DNA from: Desulfosoma sp.
GTDB lineage: Bacteria; Desulfobacterota; Syntrophobacteria; Syntrophobacterales; DSM-9756
Assembly (NCBI GenBank): GCA_037481835.1
Contig: JBBFKW010000001.1
Span: 171,503-235,502, forward strand
Length of the DNA stretch: 64,000 nucleotides
Direction: 5' to 3'
Positions 57,828 through 64,000 of this stretch are shown in pieces. The notes below the pieces were generated by a model. It saw nothing but the letters and a program-made list of their open reading frames with translations. It did not search any database and had not been told where the DNA came from. Every line of letters starts with the position of its first letter. Positions within the stretch are counted from its first letter, which is position 1. The position numbers were made by a program, and so were the translations under genes.

Positions 57828-58817
57828 ATGAAGCGTGCCGGAATGTTTCTCGCCCTTGTTTTCTTGATGGGAACGTTCTTTACCGCCATGAGCCCCGTTT
57901 CGTCACAGGCCAAAACGGTTTTCGTCACCATCGGCACAGGCGGCATCACGGGCGTCTACTACCCCACGGGGGGCGCCATCTGCAAGATGATCAACGACAA
58001 GCGGGACCAGTATGGCATCCGGTGCACCGTGGAAGCGACGGGGGGATCGGTTTTCAACATCAACGCCGTCCTGGCCGGGGATCTGGAGTTCGGCATCGCC
58101 CAGTCGGACCGCCAGTATCAGGCGGTCAAGGGAGAAGCGGAATGGAAGGACAAAGGTCCCCAGAAGGATCTTCGGGCCGTCTTCAGTCTGCATCCTGAAG
58201 CGGTGACGTTGGTAGCTGCGGAAGATGCGGGGATCAAGACCGTTGCCGATCTCAAAGGAAAACGCGTCAACATCGGCAACCCCGGATCAGGCCAGCTGCA
58301 AAATTCCATCGACGTTCTGGAAGCCTTCGGCATCAGTTGGGAAAAGGACATCAAAGCGGAACAGGCCAAAGCGGCGGAAGCCCCCGGGCTGCTTCAAGAC
58401 GGGCGCATCGACGCCTTTTTCTATACCGTCGGCCACCCCAGCGGCGCCATTAAGGAAGCCACGGCGGGACACCGCAAGGTTCGCTTTGTGCCCATTGAGG
58501 GAGCGCCCGTGGATGCGCTGATCAAGAAATACCCCTACTATGCCAAGGCCGTGATTCCCATCGCCATGTACGAAGGAGCCGCCAACAAGGAAAACGTGCC
58601 CACGGTCGGCGTCAAGGCCACGTTCGTCACCTCCTCCAAAACCCCGGACGATGTGGTCTATGCCATTGTTAAGGAAATCTTCGACAACCTAGACACCTTC
58701 AAGACTCTGCACCCGGCTTATGAGGTCCTGACCCCTTCCAGTATGCTGGAAGGGCTTTCCGCTCCGTTCCATCCCGGTGCGGAGAAATACTTCAAGGAAA
58801 AAGGGTTGCTGAAATAG
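57828..58817 (+). CDS. TAXI-family TRAP solute receptor
   Basis: Signal peptide, TIGTGGITGVYY, GGSVFNI, GIAQSD, GNPGSG, PFHPGA. Confidence 0.92.
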   Translation: MKRAGMFLALVFLMGTFFTAMSPVSSQAKTVFVTIGTGGITGVYYPTGGAICKMINDKRDQYGIRCTVEATGGSVFNINAVLAGDLEFGIAQSDRQYQAVKGEAEWKDKGPQKDLRAVFSLHPEAVTLVAAEDAGIKTVADLKGKRVNIGNPGSGQLQNSIDVLEAFGISWEKDIKAEQAKAAEAPGLLQDGRIDAFFYTVGHPSGAIKEATAGHRKVRFVPIEGAPVDALIKKYPYYAKAVIPIAMYEGAANKENVPTVGVKATFVTSSKTPDDVVYAIVKEIFDNLDTFKTLHPAYEVLTPSSMLEGLSAPFHPGAEKYFKEKGLLK

Positions 58818-58926
58818 GGTGCCATCTCGAGGCGGCGGGATCCGCCCCGCCGCCTCCCCTGCACCTCAACCCGATCCCCAACGTCCGCCTCAGAGGACAC
58901 CGCCCATTTCTCTTAGAGGGAGGCCC

Positions 58927-61002
58927 ATGACCCCCGATCCCAAGGACAAAGACGCCGGTCTCGAATTGGCGCACAAACTGGCCCAGGAAGAGACCGGAGG
59001 GACTCGAGCCACCCGGGGTTTTTCCAAATACGTCGTTGCCACCGTCGGTGTGGCCTGGTCCCTTTTCCAGCTTTCCATCGCCAGTTGGCTCATTCTCGAT
59101 TCCTGGTATGTCCGAGCCATCCACCTTGCCTTTGCCATCTTCATCGTCTACATCAGCTTTCCCATGTTTCGCAAACCGCGGTTGGGAATCTCCTTCTGGG
59201 CCGCCACCGACCGTGTTCCCATCATGGACTGGATTCTCGCCCCCCTTGCGGCCTTTGCGGCTCTCTACGTCATCATCGATTACCAGGGCATTATCATGCG
59301 CTATGGGGCGCCCATCCCTCGGGACATCGTTATGGGCTTCCTGCTCCTCGTGCTCCTTCTGGAAGCCGCCCGGCGGACCATCGGACCCGCCCTGTCCGTG
59401 ATCGCCTTGGTTTTTACGCTCTACGCCTTCTACGGCCCGTACATGCCGGATTTCCTCGCCTTCAAGGGCGTGTCCCTGAACCGGTTCGTGGGCCAGATGA
59501 CCATGTCCACGGAAGGCATCTACGGGATCCCTCTGGATGTGTCGGCAACCATTGTTTTTCTGTTCGTGCTTTTCGGGTCCATGCTGGAAAAGGCGGGGGC
59601 GGGGCATTTTTTTATCCAATTGGCCTTGAGCCTTTTGGGAGGGTATAAGGGCGGTCCTGCCAAAGCGGCCATCTTGAGCAGCGGGCTTACGGGCTTGGTT
59701 TCCGGATCCAGCATCGCCAACGTGGTCACCACAGGCACCTTTACCATCCCGCTCATGAAACGCGTGGGCTACCCTCCCACCAAGGCGGCGGCCATCGAAG
59801 TGGCGGCCAGCACGGACGGCCAGCTGGCGCCGCCCATCATGGGCGCCGCGGCCTTCATCATCGCTGAGTATGTGAGCGTCCCCTACATCGCCGTGGTGAA
59901 AGCGGCGGCGATCCCGGCCTTCGCCTCCTACGCGGCGCTCCTTTTCATTTCCCACATCGAGGCCTCCAAGCTGGGCTTGAAAGGGCTGCCTCGGGAGGAA
60001 CTTCCGCCGTTCTTCAAGACCTTTCTGAGCGGATTGCAATACCTGGTTCCTCTGGTCATGCTGCTCTACGAGCTCGTGGTCCTTCGGCATACCCCTCAAT
60101 CCTCCGCCTTTAACGCCATTTGGGTCCTGGCTCTGCTCATGATTGCGCAGCCGTGCGTTCGCGCCCTCAAGGCCGGGGAACCGATCTTACCGGCGTTGAA
60201 AAAGGGTTTTACGGACATCCTGGCCGCTTTCGCTTCCGGAGCCCGAAACATGGTCAGTGTGGCCATGGCCACGGCGGCGGCGGGCGTGATCGTCGGCGTG
60301 GTGGCCATGGGTTTGGGAGGCTTGGTCAATCAGATCGTAGATGCCTTGGCCGGTGGAAACATTTATTTGCTCCTCGTCATCACGGCCATAGCCAGCCTCA
60401 TTATCGGCATGGGCCTGCCCACGACGGCCACCTACATCGTTATGGCATCGCTTACCGCTCCCGCCATCGTCACCGTGGGAGGCGCTTACGGCTTTGAAGT
60501 TCCGCTCATGGCGGCCCATCTGTTTTGTTTCTTTTTCGGCATTCTGGCGGACGACACACCCCCCGTGGGTCTCGCGGCTTACGCCGCCTCCGCCATCGCT
60601 CGCTCGGATCCCATCCGGACGGGCTTTCAAGGTTTCATGTATGACATCCGCACGGCCATCTTGCCGTTCATGTTCATCTTCAACCACGATCTCATCCTTC
60701 ACGGCGTGAACAGCTGGACCCAAGGGCTGCTCATTTTCGCCATGGCGTGTTTCGGCAATTTCGCTTTCGCCGCCGCCACCCAAGGATGGCTCATCACCCG
60801 AAACCGCCTCTATGAAATCCCGTTGCTGCTCGCCGTGACCCTCACCCTTATGCGCCCCGAGCTCATCGCCTCTTGGTGCGGCGTTTCCTACGAAAACCGC
60901 TATTGGATGTACGGGCTCGGAATGGGCCTTTTCGCCGTCATTTACCTTTTGCAGAGGCTCCGCCTCCCGAAGGGCGTGTCCCGGGACGCAGCCCAGAACT
61001 GA
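58927..61002 (+). CDS. TRAP transporter 4TM/12TM fused permease
   Basis: EGIYGIP, GGPAKAA, SGSSIANV, ASTDGQLAPPIMGAAAF, GMGLPTT, DDTPPV; GGGAGG RBS. Confidence 0.92.
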   Translation: MTPDPKDKDAGLELAHKLAQEETGGTRATRGFSKYVVATVGVAWSLFQLSIASWLILDSWYVRAIHLAFAIFIVYISFPMFRKPRLGISFWAATDRVPIMDWILAPLAAFAALYVIIDYQGIIMRYGAPIPRDIVMGFLLLVLLLEAARRTIGPALSVIALVFTLYAFYGPYMPDFLAFKGVSLNRFVGQMTMSTEGIYGIPLDVSATIVFLFVLFGSMLEKAGAGHFFIQLALSLLGGYKGGPAKAAILSSGLTGLVSGSSIANVVTTGTFTIPLMKRVGYPPTKAAAIEVAASTDGQLAPPIMGAAAFIIAEYVSVPYIAVVKAAAIPAFASYAALLFISHIEASKLGLKGLPREELPPFFKTFLSGLQYLVPLVMLLYELVVLRHTPQSSAFNAIWVLALLMIAQPCVRALKAGEPILPALKKGFTDILAAFASGARNMVSVAMATAAAGVIVGVVAMGLGGLVNQIVDALAGGNIYLLLVITAIASLIIGMGLPTTATYIVMASLTAPAIVTVGGAYGFEVPLMAAHLFCFFFGILADDTPPVGLAAYAASAIARSDPIRTGFQGFMYDIRTAILPFMFIFNHDLILHGVNSWTQGLLIFAMACFGNFAFAAATQGWLITRNRLYEIPLLLAVTLTLMRPELIASWCGVSYENRYWMYGLGMGLFAVIYLLQRLRLPKGVSRDAAQN

Positions 61003-61020
61003 AGGGGAGAACGCTTTCCC

Positions 61021-61869
61021 ATGGAAAAACTGATCATCACGGTGGCCTTGACCGGCAATGTCCCCACCAAGGACATGAATCCCTTCGTTCCCATGACGGC
61101 CGAGGAAATCGCCCAGGATGTGCGCCGGTGCGCTGATGCGGGAGCCGTGCTTTTCCATGTGCACGCCAGGGACGAAAATCGACGGCCCACGTTGGATCTC
61201 GCCCGTTATAAAGAAAACGTCCGCCGTATCAAGGAAATCGCCCCGGAAGTGATCATCCAGCTTTCAACGGGGGCTCGGGCCGGCAAGGACTGGGAAGCCC
61301 GGGCCAATCCCGTGAGGCTTCTGCCGGAGATGGCCTCCTTTACCACGGGCTCAAACAACCTGCCGGGGATCGTGTATGAAAATTCGCCCCAATTCATCGA
61401 GTTCCTGGCCGGGGTGTTCAAGGAAACGGGTGTCAAACCGGAAATCGAGGTGTTTGAAACGGGCATGATCAACAACGCCCTGCATCTCCAGCGCAAGGGC
61501 CTCATCGCTCCGCCGCTCCATTTCGACTTCGTCTTGGGCGCCCCGGGTTCCATGCCCGGATCGGTCAAGAACCTGCTGTTCCTCTCCGAAAGCATCCCAG
61601 CGGGCTCCACCTGGAGTGTGGCCGGGATCGGCAAGATGGAAATCCCGTTGGCCACCGCCGCCATCGTCATGGGGGGGCACGTGCGCGTCGGTCTGGAAGA
61701 CAATCTGTTTTTGCCCGACGGATCCCCGGCCTCCAACCCCAAGCTCGTGGAAAAGGTCGTGAGGATCGCCCGGGAAACAGGCCGAGACATCGCCTCCCCG
61801 GATGAAGCCCGTCGCATCCTGTCCCTGGATCCGGCCCGAAAGGACCTCATCCTCACCATGCTGGACTGA
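61021..61869 (+). CDS. kce: Beta-keto acid cleavage enzyme (Kce/BKACE, DUF849)
   Basis: KLIITVALTG, HVHARD, QLSTG, KPEIEVFETG, GGHVRVGLEDN. Confidence 0.85.
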   Translation: MEKLIITVALTGNVPTKDMNPFVPMTAEEIAQDVRRCADAGAVLFHVHARDENRRPTLDLARYKENVRRIKEIAPEVIIQLSTGARAGKDWEARANPVRLLPEMASFTTGSNNLPGIVYENSPQFIEFLAGVFKETGVKPEIEVFETGMINNALHLQRKGLIAPPLHFDFVLGAPGSMPGSVKNLLFLSESIPAGSTWSVAGIGKMEIPLATAAIVMGGHVRVGLEDNLFLPDGSPASNPKLVEKVVRIARETGRDIASPDEARRILSLDPARKDLILTMLD

Positions 61870-61875
61870 TCGGCC

Positions 61876-63453
61876 ATGTCGTTTTGGCATCGCCGCCAAG
61901 CCATGGGGTGGGCCGCCGCCCTTCTCGGAGCAAGCGTCCTTCTGTCCCGGTTCATGGGCCTCTTCCGAGACAAGGTCATTTCCTATTATTTCGGGGCGAC
62001 GGAAGAATCGGACGTCTATTTCGCCGCCTTCGTCATCCCGGACTTCATCAATTACCTCCTTGCCGGGGCTTATTTTTCCATCACGCTCATCCCCCTCCTG
62101 AGCGAAAAGTTTCAAAAGGACGAGGAAGACGCCTGGCGCTTCTTTTCCGCCGTTCTTTTTTGGACCGCTGTCACCAGCACGGCACTGACGGCGGCCGTCA
62201 TGATCTGGGCGAGCCCGCTGTCCCGTTGGGCGGCGCCAGGCCTGAGCGCCCAGGCGGCGACACGCTTGGCCTACTTTCTTCGCATCATCGCTCCGGCCCA
62301 GATTTTCTTCCTCCTGGGATCGTGTTGCAGTGCCGTGCTCTATCTGAGAAAGCAGTTCCAGGCCCCGGCCCTGAGCCCCCTCGTTTACAACGCGTTCATC
62401 ATCGCCTTGGGCATCCTGATGCGCCGATCCGGCATGGCGGGGTTTTGCTGGGGTGTTCTGGCGGGGGCCTTCTTGGGGAACTTTTTGCTGCCCTTGACCG
62501 CCGTGCGCTACGGGGGCGACTTTCGGTGGCGATGGGTCCTGTGGCACCCGTCGCTCAAAAAATTCCTGCTCCTGGCGCTGCCGCTCATGGTGGGCCAGTC
62601 CGTCGTGGTCCTGGACGAACAGCTCGTGCGCATTTTCGGGTCTCTGGCAGCCGTCGGCGCCATCAGCTGGCTCAATTACGCGCGGCGCATCATGCTCGTT
62701 CCCGTCGGCGTGGTGGCTCAGGCCGCCGGGACGGCCTCCTACCCCTTCCTGGCCGAAGCTTACGCCTCTGGGGACAGTCGAAAGTTTTTCCAGACGCTGA
62801 ACACGGCTTTTCGAAACAGCGTGGCCGTTCTTATTCCTCTGTCCCTGTGGATGATCCTGGCCGCCGAACCCATCATCGTCCTCATCTTCCAGCAAGGCCG
62901 TTTCAGCACCGCGGATACCGTTGAAACCGTGTGGGCCTTAAGGATTCTCCTGACCGTGGTTTTCTGTTGGGGGATTCAGCAGATCCTTGGGCGGGGCTAC
63001 TATGCTCGGCAGGACACCGTCACGCCGGCAGTAATCGGCACCTTGTGCACCGCTGCCGTCATCCCCATCTATTTCATCGCGGCCGCACGTTTCGGCGCCC
63101 GAGGGGTGGCCGGGGCGAGCGCCCTTTCCGTGGCGCTCTATACGACCGTGCTCAGCCTTTGGTGGCGCTTTCGTATGGGATCCCAGGCCTTCGAGGGCCT
63201 GGGCGCTACGGCGTTTAAGATCACCCTTATCAGCGCGGCCGCTTTGGTCCCCGGCGGCCTCGGCCTTTTCTTACCGACGTTACGGCCGCTGTCCAACCTC
63301 TACATCCACGCTTTCTGCCGGTCGGCCCTATCCGGCGCGCTTTTCGCCCTGGGCTTCGCCTTCTTGGGGCGACGATTCGCCGGCGACCTTCTGGATCCTC
63401 TCTTCAACCGATGGCCTCTTTCCAGGCCGCGCCGTCCCACAAGCCCACGATAG
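61876..63453 (+). CDS. murJ: Lipid II flippase MurJ (MviN)
   Basis: LSRFMGLFRD, AAFVIPD, LNYARRIMLVPVG, IFQQGRFS, YYARQDT.TP. Confidence 0.9.
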   Translation: MSFWHRRQAMGWAAALLGASVLLSRFMGLFRDKVISYYFGATEESDVYFAAFVIPDFINYLLAGAYFSITLIPLLSEKFQKDEEDAWRFFSAVLFWTAVTSTALTAAVMIWASPLSRWAAPGLSAQAATRLAYFLRIIAPAQIFFLLGSCCSAVLYLRKQFQAPALSPLVYNAFIIALGILMRRSGMAGFCWGVLAGAFLGNFLLPLTAVRYGGDFRWRWVLWHPSLKKFLLLALPLMVGQSVVVLDEQLVRIFGSLAAVGAISWLNYARRIMLVPVGVVAQAAGTASYPFLAEAYASGDSRKFFQTLNTAFRNSVAVLIPLSLWMILAAEPIIVLIFQQGRFSTADTVETVWALRILLTVVFCWGIQQILGRGYYARQDTVTPAVIGTLCTAAVIPIYFIAAARFGARGVAGASALSVALYTTVLSLWWRFRMGSQAFEGLGATAFKITLISAAALVPGGLGLFLPTLRPLSNLYIHAFCRSALSGALFALGFAFLGRRFAGDLLDPLFNRWPLSRPRRPTSPR

Positions 63454-64000
63454 TTCCCGATTGAGCGGGGTCGTACCCGCCCAGGGCCTCCACACGACGG
63501 CGGAACCGTTCCGAGACGATCACCTCAAGGAGCCGCCGGATTTTCGGATCTTCCCAGCAGTTCTCAGGAATGACCAGATCGTAGCGCTCCTCGCACACTG
63601 GCAAGAAATCCAATCCCAGGGCCTTGGCCGCCGCATAGATGGCCATTCCGCAGTCGGCGCTTCCGCTGAGCACATTCACTGCCACGGCCATGTGCGTGTA
63701 TTCTTCCCAGTCGTAGCCGTGGATGCCTTCGGGGGTGCGCCCAATCTTGGCCAGCTCGTAGTCCAGGAGGATGCGCGTCCCGGATCCCGCCTGTCGATTC
63801 ACGAAACGCACGTCGGGCCGGAACAGGTCCTCCACACCCCGAATCCCTTTCGGGTTTCCAGGCGCCACGACCAGGCCTTGGCGACGGCGCACGAGCTGCA
63901 CCAGGCGCACAGGAGTCCCTTGAAGGTAACGTTCCACGTAGGAACGGTTGTAATCGCCCGTTTCGGTATCCAAGAGGTGGGCGCCGGCGCAGTGGGCCTG
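63404..64000 (-). CDS. Molybdopterin biosynthesis protein MoeA with C-terminal PBP domain (partial, runs off the window)
   Basis: GAHLLD, RRQGLVV..GNPKGI, FVNRQAGSGTRILLD, YTHMAVA, ERYDLVI. Confidence 0.75.
   Translation of the reverse strand, partial: QAHCAGAHLLDTETGDYNRSYVERYLQGTPVRLVQLVRRRQGLVVAPGNPKGIRGVEDLFRPDVRFVNRQAGSGTRILLDYELAKIGRTPEGIHGYDWEEYTHMAVAVNVLSGSADCGMAIYAAAKALGLDFLPVCEERYDLVIPENCWEDPKIRRLLEVIVSERFRRRVEALGGYDPAQSGTIVGLWDGAAWKEAIG

Noticed and set aside
63404..63453. 50-bp convergent overlap of murJ and the moeA-like gene as a regulatory feature
   Set aside because: Short 3' overlaps are common and nothing else supports a function

Overview
GC-rich chromosomal window from a sulfate-reducing Desulfobacterota bacterium; a Syntrophobacteraceae-like assignment is inferred from gene content only. 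Most of it is housekeeping and energy metabolism: menaquinone genes (ubiE/menG, UbiD-family decarboxylase), panE, ampG, a hydrogenase-maturation cluster (hypA-B-F-D-psiE-E, no hypC), galE/pyrE/cysteine desulfurase, CIRCE-hrcA-grpE-dnaK, cobalamin riboswitch-cobT, tetraheme cytochrome c3, a dsrD-dsrA-dsrB-dsrN-dsrC-ferredoxin cluster with a Rex-like box, fused ahbAB, glgA, rplU-rpmA-obgE, amino-acid ABC and TAXI-TRAP transporters, a BKACE/kce gene, murJ and a partial moeA-PBP gene. No rRNA, tRNA, CRISPR array or intact IS element was recognised. Best leads: (1) an intact cysteine synthase fused to a catalytically eroded CysRS-like module that keeps its tRNA-binding tail; (2) three translationally coupled, 860-bp-period Rpn-family nuclease genes with identical cores, mosaic 3' tails and a strong internal Shine-Dalgarno/ATG in each copy (candidate intragenic antitoxins); (3) a DprA/SLOG-like plus ART-fold (AbiGi-like) fusion protein; (4) an unannotated 41-aa four-Cys ORF heading the rplU-rpmA-obgE operon. 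All protein family calls come from motif recognition by eye; no database search was run.
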